DNA of 64,000 nt, taken from contig MGQB01000001.1 of the NCBI GenBank assembly GCA_001797675.1, positions 50,347-114,346 on the forward strand. The letters are read 5' to 3'. This DNA comes from Deltaproteobacteria bacterium RBG_13_43_22 (GTDB lineage: Bacteria; Desulfobacterota; RBG-13-43-22). The notes beneath the pieces are model-generated. The model was not told the DNA's origin and did no database searches. It saw nothing but the letters and a program-made list of their open reading frames with translations. Positions 30,501 through 39,510 of the stretch are shown here, in pieces. Every line of letters starts with the position of its first letter. The stretch's first letter is position 1. Position numbers and translations under genes: made by a program.

Positions 30501-30712
30501 TGGCAATAAAAAATCCCTTCAGGGTAGATGACCATGATCGGTCCCATAGCACAAAAGCCGCGACATCCGGTCGGTACAACACGGACCTCCTTCTCCAATC
30601 CACGGCGGGCAATTTCTTTGACTAATCCGGAGATGACCTCTTCCGAATCCGAGGCCGTACACCCCGTCCCGCCGCACACCAGAACGTTAGCCCGATAAAA
30701 AGGTTCAGCCAT
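27593..30712 (-). CDS. nuoF: NuoF/HydB-like FMN-NAD subunit fused to a GltD/NfnB-like FAD-NAD(P) oxidoreductase
   Basis: CGGTGC, GRGGAGF, NADEGDPGAFMDR, CGEETAL, CGKCIPC; then CTNACP, CGRVCPAFCE, GAGPAG, GIPEYRLP, GGGAVA, YRR, CKRCLRC. Confidence 0.9.
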   Translation of the reverse strand: MAEPFYRANVLVCGGTGCTASDSEEVISGLVKEIARRGLEKEVRVVPTGCRGFCAMGPIMVIYPEGIFYCQVQPRDVQTIVEETLVKGRVVGRLTYKTPETYKELPRYQDIPFYSKQVRITLRNCGIIDPEKIDEYIVQGGYEALSKALFDMTQEEVIQEVKRSGLRGRGGAGFSTGTKWEFTFRAPGEVKYVVCNADEGDPGAFMDRSLLEGDPHSLIEGMTICGYAIGASEGYIYCRAEYPLAIKRLNVAIAQAEEYGLLGDNILNTDFSFHLHIKEGAGAFVCGEETALLASIEGRRGEPRPRPPFPAASGLWGKPTNLNNVKSYANVPQIIVNGSNWFNNIGTRRSPGTAIFALTGKVNNTGLVEVPMGITLGEIIFDIGGGILKDKRFKAVQTGGPLGGCIPPQHLNVEVDFDSLQEVGAVMGSGGMIVVDEDTCMVEFSKFFLKFAQAESCGKCIPCRVGGKRMLEILTRISEGNGRLEDLDTIKTIAKGMETGSLCALGQLTPGPVMSALKYFEAEFLTHILDGECPAGSCQSLVRARCTNACPAQVDVPSFISLIAQGHFAEGLEVHREKNPFALICGRVCPAFCEQKCRRGDIDEPVAIRHAKRLMADHEIEKPWTPAKIEGPKKEKVAVIGAGPAGLTAALRLAQRGYPVTVFDKLPVAGGMMAVGIPEYRLPRNILNMEIEAIKRAGVEIKLGQEMGKDFTMDGLLDRDGYKAAILAIGAHKGRRLGIPGEDLPGVYQGVEFLKNVALGKPPEVRGKSVAVVGGGAVAIDAARTALRLGAKRVHILYRRTRQDMPAWKEEIEEAFREGIQFHFLTNPVGILGPDQVTGVECHLQRLGEFDAGGRRRPIPIEATEFEVPEFILDADLFIAAIGQASDLEGLQNDNKIEVKPDTTLAVGANLMTTREGVFAAGDVTLGPATVIEAVDQGNKVAITVDAYLKGQPLERVRFVPSDREIPQLYSMEEYAEAKRPVVRRLSKEKSVQCFEEVEAGFDEHTAREECKRCLRCDLEWLKSMGLQAPTQERKVQSA

Positions 30713-30764
30713 GTCTGCCTCCTACAAAATGCTTGATGTTATTGGTTTCCAATTTCAAATTCGA

Positions 30765-31145
30765 TCAGGTTTTTTGTGCTTCCATTCGACTGACCGCCCA
30801 TTCCTGAACCATCTGACCTCGGATAAGGTGTTCCTCAATTAAACGAGGCACCTTTTCCCGAGTGATATTCCCGTAGCGAACCCTGGATTTGCCGGCCTGT
30901 TCTATATCAACCAGGGGTTCCTTGGCACACATTCCGACACAACCCACCGTTTCCACATGGGCTTCAATTTTTCGCATATCCAGTTCACTCAAAACGGCCT
31001 GCATAACCTCCCTGGCTCCGGCCGCAATACCACAAGTTCCCATGCCGATAATAATCCGGGTCCCGGTCTGAACACGGGATAAAAGATCTTTCTTGGCCTC
31101 TTCACGGATCTTTTTAAGTTCTTCAATGCTTTTTAATTTTGTCAT
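30765..31145 (-). CDS. Thioredoxin-like [2Fe-2S] subunit (HndB/HydD-like)
   Basis: GMGTCGIAAGA, GCVGMCAKEP. Confidence 0.85.
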   Translation of the reverse strand: MTKLKSIEELKKIREEAKKDLLSRVQTGTRIIIGMGTCGIAAGAREVMQAVLSELDMRKIEAHVETVGCVGMCAKEPLVDIEQAGKSRVRYGNITREKVPRLIEEHLIRGQMVQEWAVSRMEAQKT

Positions 31146-31186
31146 TGATTCCCCTCCTCTTTCCTCCGCCGAACACGTATTCCTTT

Positions 31187-31756
31187 TTAGGCCGACGCCC
31201 TTACCGATGCGGCCTTAGAAAACAAGCCGTTTTCTCCTTTAATCAAAAAATCGAGAAGCCACTTCCGCACTTTGGGGTGCGTGATGGGTACGTCCACTAA
31301 TTCTTTTCTGATTTCCGAGGATTCCAGACGGAATTCCTCCTGATTGACCCTGTGGATATAGAGCCAATCGATATTATTATCAGCAAAAAGCACGGTCATA
31401 AGGACCGAGGGTATATTCCCCAGGGGGGCTCGATCGATATGGCTATGGCGAAAGGTGGCTTGAATCGTTGTCCCCTTTCCAGGCTTGGAACGGATTTCCA
31501 GATTCCCATCACAACGGCGGCAGGCTTCCAACAACAAAGGAATCCCTAAACCGACATGGCGGGTTTTCCGGGTAGTGTAAAAAGGATCCAGAACCCTAGC
31601 AATCTGCTCTTCGGACATTCCCCTCCCATTATCACTGATTTCAATGACCAATACGTCCGCTTTCAAGTCCTCATGAATGGTTATTTCGATCTTGGACGAA
31701 CCGGCTTCAATGGAATTTTGAACCATGTCCAGCAGATGTAAAGAAAGTTCCATCAA
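31187..31756 (-). CDS. Stand-alone HATPase_c (kinase-like) protein
   Basis: ELSLHLLDMVQNS, DNGRGM, DPFYTTR, GLGIP, HIDRAPLG. Confidence 0.82.
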   Translation of the reverse strand: MMELSLHLLDMVQNSIEAGSSKIEITIHEDLKADVLVIEISDNGRGMSEEQIARVLDPFYTTRKTRHVGLGIPLLLEACRRCDGNLEIRSKPGKGTTIQATFRHSHIDRAPLGNIPSVLMTVLFADNNIDWLYIHRVNQEEFRLESSEIRKELVDVPITHPKVRKWLLDFLIKGENGLFSKAASVRASA

Positions 31757-31761
31757 GGGTC

Positions 31762-32229
31762 TCAGGTCTCCTTTAGAATCTGGGCCATTTTTTCAGGGAC
31801 TAAACGGCCCACAACCTTGTTGTCCACTACCGCCACCGGTGCCAACCCGCAGGCGCCTAAACAGTAAACGACCTCGAACGTGTATTTGTAGTCAGGGGTG
31901 GTTTCCCCGGCATGAATACCCAATTCATTCTGAATCGTGTCAGTGATCTTCCCTGCTCCACGGACATGGCAGGCGGTACCGTCACATTGTCGGATAATGG
32001 TTTTCCCCCGACGGGTCAGATAAAATTGAGAATAAAAGGTGGCGACGCCATAGATCTGACTTAAAGGGATGCCCGTCTTTTCCGATATCCGGTTAAGTGC
32101 TTCAGGTGGAAGATAACCGTAAAGGTCTTGGGCTTTCTGTAACATCGGGATTAAGGTCCCTGTTCTCCCGTTAAATTCATCAATAATTTTATTGAGAGGT
32201 TCTAATTCAATGGTTTCCGATTGGGTCAT
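31762..32229 (-). CDS. nuoE: NuoE/HydC/HndA-like [2Fe-2S] subunit
   Basis: GVATFYSQF, CDGTACHV, CLGAC. Confidence 0.9.
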   Translation of the reverse strand: MTQSETIELEPLNKIIDEFNGRTGTLIPMLQKAQDLYGYLPPEALNRISEKTGIPLSQIYGVATFYSQFYLTRRGKTIIRQCDGTACHVRGAGKITDTIQNELGIHAGETTPDYKYTFEVVYCLGACGLAPVAVVDNKVVGRLVPEKMAQILKET

Positions 32230-32262
32230 TTTTTTCCTCCTGTTTTTAATAGTCCCTGCCGA

Positions 32263-33054
32263 TCATTGATCAGGCCACTCCACTACAACCTGCCGTCCCT
32301 CTTGTCCTTTGAAAGCCAGGGCCATCTCTTTGATCTCCGGTTGAGCCATTTTGAACTGGGTTCGGTTTTGAATCTCGTTCAGTCGATGGGCATCCCCATT
32401 GACGATGAGACACCAATCTTTCAATTGAGGCCACTCCAGAAAACCCTTGCGCCAGTTAAAATACGGGGTGACCTCCAACGCTGGGACGGCCATATCCGCA
32501 GGGATCAGACCAAGGTTGGATAATAAGCTGTAAGAAGGCCGGTCCACATGGGCAGGGATAACCATCCCTCCGAGAGAGGAAACCTGGCCTACAATTTCTT
32601 CCAGGGCCATATCCGCCGATTGAGCCAATAAGCGCTCTTCAGTCCAAAGCCATTCCCCGGCGGCATTGACCACATATTGGGGTCCGAACAAGTCCTCTTT
32701 GTTGGCCAAGGGAGGCAGTTTTTGAAAAACCTTTTCTTGCCACTCCTTACAGGGTTCAACGGTATCAAACAGACAAAGAAGGTGGACTTCCTCTTTGGAC
32801 TGCAATTCCATCCCCGGCAAAACATGTATATTGGTGCCCACCGCCGCCTCCATGACCGCTTCCGCATTATGCCAGGCATTATGATCGGTAATGGCAATGA
32901 GATTTAATCCTTTCCTTTCCGCCTGCCACAGGATTAAGGAAGGAATCATCTCTATTTCCGCACATCCTGAAAGCACGGTATGGATGTGCAAATCGGCCTT
33001 AAAAAGCTTCAACCGATCCGAAAAATGCGGGGAGCTATCCTGGTCCTTATTCAC
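32263..33054 (-). CDS. PHP-domain metal-dependent phosphoesterase
   Basis: DLHIHT, ITDHN, AHVDR, DAH. Confidence 0.88.
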   Translation of the reverse strand: MNKDQDSSPHFSDRLKLFKADLHIHTVLSGCAEIEMIPSLILWQAERKGLNLIAITDHNAWHNAEAVMEAAVGTNIHVLPGMELQSKEEVHLLCLFDTVEPCKEWQEKVFQKLPPLANKEDLFGPQYVVNAAGEWLWTEERLLAQSADMALEEIVGQVSSLGGMVIPAHVDRPSYSLLSNLGLIPADMAVPALEVTPYFNWRKGFLEWPQLKDWCLIVNGDAHRLNEIQNRTQFKMAQPEIKEMALAFKGQEGRQVVVEWPDQ

Positions 33055-33391
33055 CGCTGATCCCCAGAGCTATCAATTGCCCGACAATGGAAAAGGTATT
33101 TTTGGGAGTAAGCATTAAGATCACCTTTTCTTTTTCAGCCTGGGCGATGGTTTCTGGGGAAGGCCGGTTTCCTTCAGTTATGATGACACCGGCCAGATTT
33201 AACAGACTGGCTACCGCAACCACATTAACATGAGACTGAAGGGTAACCCAGAGGAAGTCCTTTTTTGCTCCCCGCATGGCACAACTAAGGAGGTCCGATG
33301 CATATCCGCCCACAACCGGACGATTCTGCCGTTCAATCGAAGCGATTGTCTCCAAGTTCAATTGTTCAATGACAGTTTGTAGGTCAATCAT
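33047..33391 (-). CDS. DRTGG-domain protein
   Basis: GGYASDLLS, WVTLQSHVNVVAVA. Confidence 0.82.
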   Translation of the reverse strand: MIDLQTVIEQLNLETIASIERQNRPVVGGYASDLLSCAMRGAKKDFLWVTLQSHVNVVAVASLLNLAGVIITEGNRPSPETIAQAEKEKVILMLTPKNTFSIVGQLIALGISGE

Positions 33392-33440
33392 GATCGTCTT
33401 GGATAGGTCCCTCCTTTCTGGTCTTTCCGATCATTAAAAT

Positions 33441-33456
33441 AGCAAGGTCTGTGCCA
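33441..33456 (-). promoter_or_regulatory. sigma54 promoter of the hydrogenase operon
   Basis: Consensus TGGCAC-AGACC-TTGCT, 50 bp upstream of the ATG at 33391. Confidence 0.85.
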
Positions 33457-33772
33457 GAAAGAAGAAGGGATGGTCCTAAACCGTTTTCAGACCGAACGAA
33501 TCCCTTCACCCTGTATTTATTAAGTTTAAGCCGGTTGGGGGAAAATTTGAGGAAAAAAATGGGTCGGTTTATAAAGCTTGGAGTCGATATTTTTTTACAA
33601 GTTGTAAAAAAAACTGGCAGGTCTCACGAATCCCAGACACCTGCTGCCGGAGTGAAAAGTCTGGGCTTTGGGGGGGTATCCGGCATCTGGGATCTGGCAT
33701 CAACTTTTGTTGTTCGGATTTTCTTTGCTCATGACCTTGTCTGGTTCCGGCTTGCCCGGACCGGGGAGCCCG

Positions 33773-34672
33773 TCAAAGTTGAATTACGATATCCAGCTGG
33801 GTTCCGGTACCAAGATTCGATTGAATGGTAAAGGAATCGGCGCACTTTTTTATATTGGCCAATCCCATTCCCGCTCCGAAACCCAGCTCTTGAATCCAGG
33901 TGGGGGCCGTTGAAAATCCAGGAGACATGGCCTGTTCCACATCGGGGATGCCAGGACCGCGATCAGTTATTGTCATCCGAATCAATTCAGGTTCAATTTC
34001 CACAATCAACTCACCGCCGGCATTGGTATGAATGATCAGATTCATTTCGGCCTCATAGGCACAAATGGCCACTCGGCGCAGTATTTGGGGCGATATCCCC
34101 AGTTGCTCCATGGCCCTTTTGATCTTGCTGGAGGCACTTCCCCCACTCTTAAAATCCTTCTCTTTGATGTGGTATCTCAGAATCAGACTGGTCTGATCGG
34201 AAACAATGTCTTCTCTAAAAATAATTTGGGGATTTCGTTTGAGTTCTTTAGCATGATCATTCAGGTTGATGGCCTCCAACAATCCTCTGGTGATATCACT
34301 TCCGGTCAAAATACCGGTTAAGGTTCCCTTCTCATTAACCACCAAGAGCCGGCCGATATGGAATTGTGAAAATTTTTTTACGGCTTCGATTATGGAGGCG
34401 TGTTCCAAAACCGTAATCAACTGCCTGGTCATTCTTTGTCCGACAGGCACATCAAGCTCTCCGACTTCCAAGGCTTTAATCAGGTCCTCAATGGAGGCGA
34501 CCCCGACCAGATGACCACCGTCCAGCACGGGTACGCCGGATATCCGATTAATCCTTAGAATTTCCTTCAATTGCCTGATGGTCGTATCCGGGGTAACGGT
34601 TATCACGTTCTTTCGCATTACATGTTCGATGGGCAAATTATAAATAAGTTCCTGCTTTTTGGTAAATTCCAA
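33773..34672 (-). CDS. CBS-pair + anti-sigma-factor-type (RsbT/SpoIIAB-like) Ser/Thr kinase fusion
   Basis: Tandem CBS (ISGVPV, IGRLLV) then YEAEMN, DRGPGI, GFGAGMGL. Confidence 0.85.
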   Translation of the reverse strand: MEFTKKQELIYNLPIEHVMRKNVITVTPDTTIRQLKEILRINRISGVPVLDGGHLVGVASIEDLIKALEVGELDVPVGQRMTRQLITVLEHASIIEAVKKFSQFHIGRLLVVNEKGTLTGILTGSDITRGLLEAINLNDHAKELKRNPQIIFREDIVSDQTSLILRYHIKEKDFKSGGSASSKIKRAMEQLGISPQILRRVAICAYEAEMNLIIHTNAGGELIVEIEPELIRMTITDRGPGIPDVEQAMSPGFSTAPTWIQELGFGAGMGLANIKKCADSFTIQSNLGTGTQLDIVIQL

Positions 34673-34857
34673 GGGTCAGATTCCTTGTTGTATTTTAAGA
34701 ATTCAAAAAAAGTGATAGGAGACAGACTATGGGCAAAACTTTTTTTTCAAACTTTGACTTCCTTCAGCCTTCAGCCTATTTTCTATCGCCTCTTGCCTGC
34801 CCCCCATCGCTTTGAGCCTTCAGTCTAAGGTTATAAAAAAATGTTCCCCGCAGCTGA

Positions 34858-35220
34858 TCAAGGATACCGCCGTGTTAAAGGTACAGAGGACATGCCTCCT
34901 TGATAAAGACGTCCACAGGATTCAAACATCCCAAAATTCGTCCTGATCAGAGGAATGCCCAGTTCTTCAGCCAACTGGATAGTCTCCGAGTCGGGCATTT
35001 TGCCTCGCACGAAAAGGATAGCCGTAACATAAGCCATTTCCGCGGTCCTAATGGTTTGAATGGTTTTCAACCCGGTAAGGAGCATGCATCCGGGGGGTAG
35101 GTAAGCCAGGGCGTCGCTCATCAAGTCCATGGCTCCGCAATATTTTACTTCCAGGTCTAAATCAGACCCGCGAGTCAACACGGTCCCTTGCACGACTTCC
35201 ACCACTTCTTTTAGTTTCAC
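34858..35220 (-). CDS. DRTGG-domain protein
   Basis: DLMSDAL, LLTGL, IRTAEM, FVRGK, FESCGRLY. Confidence 0.82.
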   Translation of the reverse strand: MKLKEVVEVVQGTVLTRGSDLDLEVKYCGAMDLMSDALAYLPPGCMLLTGLKTIQTIRTAEMAYVTAILFVRGKMPDSETIQLAEELGIPLIRTNFGMFESCGRLYQGGMSSVPLTRRYP

Positions 35221-35305
35221 AGGTTTGAATCCTTAAATGGTTCGTATTTATTTTTGGTATTTCTTTTATATGGTACTGTATATCATATCGACTCCAAGGG
35301 TAAAA

Positions 35306-35803
35306 TTAAATTATTTCCGTTCCAATCTCTTTTATCAGCCAATCACAGGCCTTAGGAATTGCCTCTTTCACCTCAGAGGAGAGGCCCGGGCGAACGATGT
35401 CCGGGATTTCCTTGGCCTGCACCACGAGTATCCGAATATCCACACCAGTCAAGCTCCCGAGTTCATGCAATTGATTGATGGAAGGGAACTGATGAAAGGG
35501 CCTGTCGCTCGTTTTTCCTTCCGGCAATTGGTCCAGATTGATTTCGAAAAGCTCCCCGGCCTTTCGATGAGATTGACAAATGGTATCCAAAATAAAAATT
35601 CGCTTCGGCTTAACAGGGGAGATTATTAGATCAAAAAGAAAGTCTTTAATACTCGTTCCCATATCCCGAGCTAAAACAGTCTCTGGAACTGAATGATGGG
35701 CTTCCAGGTGTTCAATAACGGCAGGGCCAAACCCGTCATCGCCAAAAAGCATATTGCCGCATCCTAAGATCAAAATGGGAATTTTTAGGATATCCTGACT
35801 CAT
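35306..35803 (-). CDS. Hydrogenase maturation protease
   Basis: ILGCGNMLFGDDGFGP, H in PFHQFP. Confidence 0.88.
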   Translation of the reverse strand: MSQDILKIPILILGCGNMLFGDDGFGPAVIEHLEAHHSVPETVLARDMGTSIKDFLFDLIISPVKPKRIFILDTICQSHRKAGELFEINLDQLPEGKTSDRPFHQFPSINQLHELGSLTGVDIRILVVQAKEIPDIVRPGLSSEVKEAIPKACDWLIKEIGTEII

Positions 35804-35862
35804 TTCTTTCTCCCAAACAGTTAATGACGATTATTGGCTTGACCTCTCAATGAATAATTAGA

Positions 35863-35878
35863 TGCAAAAAAAGTGCCT
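35863..35878 (-). promoter_or_regulatory. sigma54 promoter upstream of the maturation protease
   Basis: AGGCAC-TTTTT-TTGCA on minus strand, 60 bp from the start codon. Confidence 0.7.
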
Positions 35879-36069
35879 AATCGGAATGAGTATATAAAAA
35901 GACAAACAGGCCGCCATAAAAGTGTTGGCTTTACCTTTTGGAAATGATATTATAAAAAGTAAGTCCTTTTCGAGCGAAAGGCCAATAAACACAAAGGATT
36001 CCCTATTTAAACCTTCAATCCCTTTTTACTCGGCCTAAATGAATGTTTTTTAGAATATGACGGGAGGTT

Positions 36070-36660
36070 GTGATGAGAAGACCTATTAATTTCAGTTTGA
36101 TGATCCTGGTTTTAATGCTGACGATGACCGGGTGCGGTTATAACACCATCCAGACCAATGAAGAAGCGGTCAAAGCCGCCTGGGGGGACGTGGAGGCGGC
36201 TTATCAACGCAGAAACGACCTGATCCCCAACCTGGTCGAAGTGGTTAAAGCCTATGCCAAGCACGAAAAAGAGACCTTGACGGCCGTTACCGAGGCCAGG
36301 GCCAAAGTAGGTTCGATTCAAATGAACAAGAACCTGTTGGAAGATCCGAATGCCTTCAGTCAATTCCAGGCTGCCCAGGGAGCTATGAGCAGTGCCCTGT
36401 CCAGGTTGATGGTGGTCGTGGAACGATATCCGGATCTGAAGGCCAACCAGAATTTTCAGGACCTGCAGCACCAATTGGAAGGTACGGAAAACCGGATCAA
36501 TGTGGCTCGGACCCGATACAATAAGACTGTTGAGGTCTTTAACGGTTCCATCCGGGTTTTTCCCAATAACCTGACCAATAAATTTTTATTAGGCTTAAAA
36601 CTTAAAGAGCCTTTTAAGGCCGAAGCCGGGTCGGAAAAGGCACCGCAGGTTAAATTTTAA
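36070..36660 (+). CDS. lemA: LemA family protein
   Basis: [34 protein letters not shown]. Confidence 0.93.
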   Translation: MMRRPINFSLMILVLMLTMTGCGYNTIQTNEEAVKAAWGDVEAAYQRRNDLIPNLVEVVKAYAKHEKETLTAVTEARAKVGSIQMNKNLLEDPNAFSQFQAAQGAMSSALSRLMVVVERYPDLKANQNFQDLQHQLEGTENRINVARTRYNKTVEVFNGSIRVFPNNLTNKFLLGLKLKEPFKAEAGSEKAPQVKF

Positions 36661-36776
36661 AATCAATGGATTCAAGGATTCGAGGGGCCAAGGATTCAAG
36701 TGATAGAAGCCTTGAGGCACAAGACCCAAGGAAAAATAGCAGACTTGGACCCATTTTTTGGATTAATGTGTGCCCG

Positions 36777-37640
36777 ATGAAAAAAATCTTTTTTATCTTC
36801 TCATTGCTTCTTTTCAGCCTCACTTCTGTAGTCCGAGCCCTGGAGGTGCCCTCCCTCCGGGGTTATGTAAATGATAATGCCGGGATGATTTCTCCGGCGC
36901 ACAGAGATCGCCTGGAGGAAGAATTAAAAGCTTTTGAACAATCCGATTCCACCCAATTGGTCATTCTGACCGTTCCCAGTCTGGAAGGAGAACCCATCGA
37001 AGCCTTCAGCATCCGGGTTGGGGAAACCTGGAAGATCGGACAAAAAAACAAGGACAACGGGATCATCGTTGTCGTTGCCAAACAGGAACGCAAGATACGG
37101 ATCGAGGTCGGCCGCGGCCTGGAAGGCCGGTTGACGGATTTATTGGCTGGAAGGATTATTGACCTGGTCATAACCCCCCGATTCAAAAGAGGGGATTTTG
37201 ACGGCGGGTTTCAGGCCGGGATTTCCGCCCTGATCGATGCCACCCGGGGGGAATTCAAGGCCGATGAAGGGCAAACCGCAAAAAAAAATAATGGGGTCCC
37301 ATCATTCTTCACTTTTCTTATCGCCGGGTTTGTAGCCCTGTTATTTATTGGAAGCATTTCCCGTATTTTTGGAGGTATTGCCGGGGCCGTTGGGTTGCCG
37401 ACCTTGATTGATTTGGGTCTTTTTCCTTTAGGGATTGTTGGTTTGATCCTTGCCGCCCTTGCCGGGTTGGGAATAGGCATGTTTCTGCCGTCCCTTTTTT
37501 CCGCTTCAGGGGTGGGGAAGGGAGGCGGATTCTGGTCTGGTGGCGGATTTTTCCCATCCGGCGGCGGTGGGGGATTCGGTGGAGGTTTCAGCGGCGGAGG
37601 CGGAAGTTTCGGCGGGGGCGGATCCTCAGGGAGCTGGTGA
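36777..37640 (+). CDS. TPM-domain (YgcG-like) membrane protein with Gly-rich tail
   Basis: YVNDNAG, RIEVGRGLEG, FSGGGGSFGGGGSSGSW. Confidence 0.88.
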   Translation: MKKIFFIFSLLLFSLTSVVRALEVPSLRGYVNDNAGMISPAHRDRLEEELKAFEQSDSTQLVILTVPSLEGEPIEAFSIRVGETWKIGQKNKDNGIIVVVAKQERKIRIEVGRGLEGRLTDLLAGRIIDLVITPRFKRGDFDGGFQAGISALIDATRGEFKADEGQTAKKNNGVPSFFTFLIAGFVALLFIGSISRIFGGIAGAVGLPTLIDLGLFPLGIVGLILAALAGLGIGMFLPSLFSASGVGKGGGFWSGGGFFPSGGGGGFGGGFSGGGGSFGGGGSSGSW

Positions 37641-37762
37641 TTTTGATTTCGGATTGGAGATTTCAGAGTGCAGATTGAAAACAAAGGGAAAGCGAAGAAT
37701 GTCAAGTTTTGAGTCAAGGGTTTGGAGTTTGGAGAAAAAAGTTGATAAATTCGGTTGAAACT

Positions 37763-38392
37763 ATGAAAGCGGCCACATTTTTCACCCATGAAGAAGGGGA
37801 ACAGATCAAGACCACGACTCATTCGGTGGAATCCCGGACCGACGGAGAGATTGCGGTGATGGTGGTGGACCAAAGCGATCAATATCGGGAAGCAGAGATC
37901 CTGGGGGGAGTCATCTTCGGAAGCCTCCTTTCCCTGGTAATCTCGGTTTTATTCTTTCATGAATCCCTTCATGCTTACATCCCTTTAAGCTTCGGCCTCT
38001 TTTTTCCTTTTTGGTGGATTGGGGCCAAATTCCCCCGGCTGAAACTGGTTTTTATCGGACCGCGCAGAAAAGAAGAAACCGTTCGGCAGAGGGCCATTCA
38101 GGCCTTTTATGAAAAAGGGCTTTATAAAACGAGATTCCATACCGGCGTCCTGATTTTCCTTTCTTTGCTGGAACACAAGGTTTGGGTTTTGGCCGATGAA
38201 GGCATTTATGAAAAGATGAACCAGGAAACCCTGAACCGGTTTGCCCAGGATGTCTCTCTGGGTATTAAAGAAGGCCGGCCCTGTGAGGCCCTCTGCCAAG
38301 CGATAGAAGGGATCGGCCGGCTGTTGATCGAACACTTTCCCATCACTCCTGGAGACATAGACGAACTGCCGGATGAAGTGATGACTGAATAG
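37763..38392 (+). CDS. TPM-domain membrane protein
   Basis: ESRTDGEI, TGVLIFLSLLEH, DELPD; typical third gene of lemA operons. Confidence 0.82.
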   Translation: MKAATFFTHEEGEQIKTTTHSVESRTDGEIAVMVVDQSDQYREAEILGGVIFGSLLSLVISVLFFHESLHAYIPLSFGLFFPFWWIGAKFPRLKLVFIGPRRKEETVRQRAIQAFYEKGLYKTRFHTGVLIFLSLLEHKVWVLADEGIYEKMNQETLNRFAQDVSLGIKEGRPCEALCQAIEGIGRLLIEHFPITPGDIDELPDEVMTE

Positions 38393-38407
38393 AAATAAGG
38401 AGGAGCT

Positions 38408-38824
38408 ATGGATTACCTGCAAATAACCGCACCCTGTGGGATTGACTGTTTTAATTGTCCGATGTACCTGGCCAAAGACAACCAGGACCTGCGGACGAAG
38501 ATTGCTCAGAATATGGGGATTCCTTCGGAAAAAGCGGTTTGCCAGGGATGCCGTGCGGAAAAAGGAACCATTGCCTTTCTGAACATGACCGAACCCTGTA
38601 ATGTCTATCGATGTATTGAAAAGAAGGATCTTGATTTTTGTGGTGACTGCTCCGACTTCCCCTGCGATCATCTCCATCCCTATGCCGATATGGCCTCGCA
38701 GCGCCCGCACAATACAAAAGTTTTTAATCTGTGTTTGATTAAAAAAATGGGGGTGGACTCGTGGGGAAAGACCAAAGCCAAAGACGTAAGGGACACATAC
38801 TTTAAAGGGAAGTTTAAATTATAA
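38408..38824 (+). CDS. Cys-rich DUF3795-like protein
   Basis: APCGIDCFNC, CQGCR, CGDCSDFPC. Confidence 0.75.
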   Translation: MDYLQITAPCGIDCFNCPMYLAKDNQDLRTKIAQNMGIPSEKAVCQGCRAEKGTIAFLNMTEPCNVYRCIEKKDLDFCGDCSDFPCDHLHPYADMASQRPHNTKVFNLCLIKKMGVDSWGKTKAKDVRDTYFKGKFKL

Positions 38825-38831
38825 CTACCCA

Positions 38832-39482
38832 ATGTTGAGGCCAAATTTCGATTTTGACGCTCTTATTTTCGACATCGATGGGACCCTCTGGAATGCCTCT
38901 CCGGCCAGCGCCAAAGGTTGGAATCTCGGCCTGGCGCAATTGGGGACTAACCGAATAATCAGTCCTGAACAGGTCGAGAGAGTGGCCGGCCAACCGTACG
39001 AGCAATGTATTGATATCCTCCTGCCGGGAATCAGAGAAAAGATCCCGAAATTGCTGGACACGCTCAACGACTGTGAAACCGAGGTGGTCCGGTGTGAAGG
39101 AGGGAAATTTTTTGACGGCGTCTTGGCAGGCATCAGGCAACTGGCCGGTGAGTACAAAATATTCCTGTTAAGTAACTGTCAAGATTGGTACCTCAACCTG
39201 TTTCTTGATTTTTCAAGGCTGCGGCCATGGCTTTCCGGGTTTGATTGTCATGGCCTTTCGGGTTTGCCCAAACATGAAATGCTTTTAAACCTCAAAGACC
39301 ATCATTCCTTAAACGATCCGGTGTATATTGGAGACACGGCCGGTGACGAGATGGCGGCAAAACTGGCCAATGTTGCTTTCATCTATGCTTCATGGGGTTT
39401 CGGAAAACCGGAAGGAAAACCCATCACCGTAAACAATTTCGGTGAATTGTTGGCCTATTTGACTCCGGGCAAATTAAAGTAA
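38832..39482 (+). CDS. HAD-superfamily hydrolase
   Basis: FDIDGTL, SN, K, IGDTAGD. Confidence 0.88.
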   Translation: MLRPNFDFDALIFDIDGTLWNASPASAKGWNLGLAQLGTNRIISPEQVERVAGQPYEQCIDILLPGIREKIPKLLDTLNDCETEVVRCEGGKFFDGVLAGIRQLAGEYKIFLLSNCQDWYLNLFLDFSRLRPWLSGFDCHGLSGLPKHEMLLNLKDHHSLNDPVYIGDTAGDEMAAKLANVAFIYASWGFGKPEGKPITVNNFGELLAYLTPGKLK

Positions 39483-39510
39483 AAATTTATTCGGATAATT
39501 ATGAAAGACT

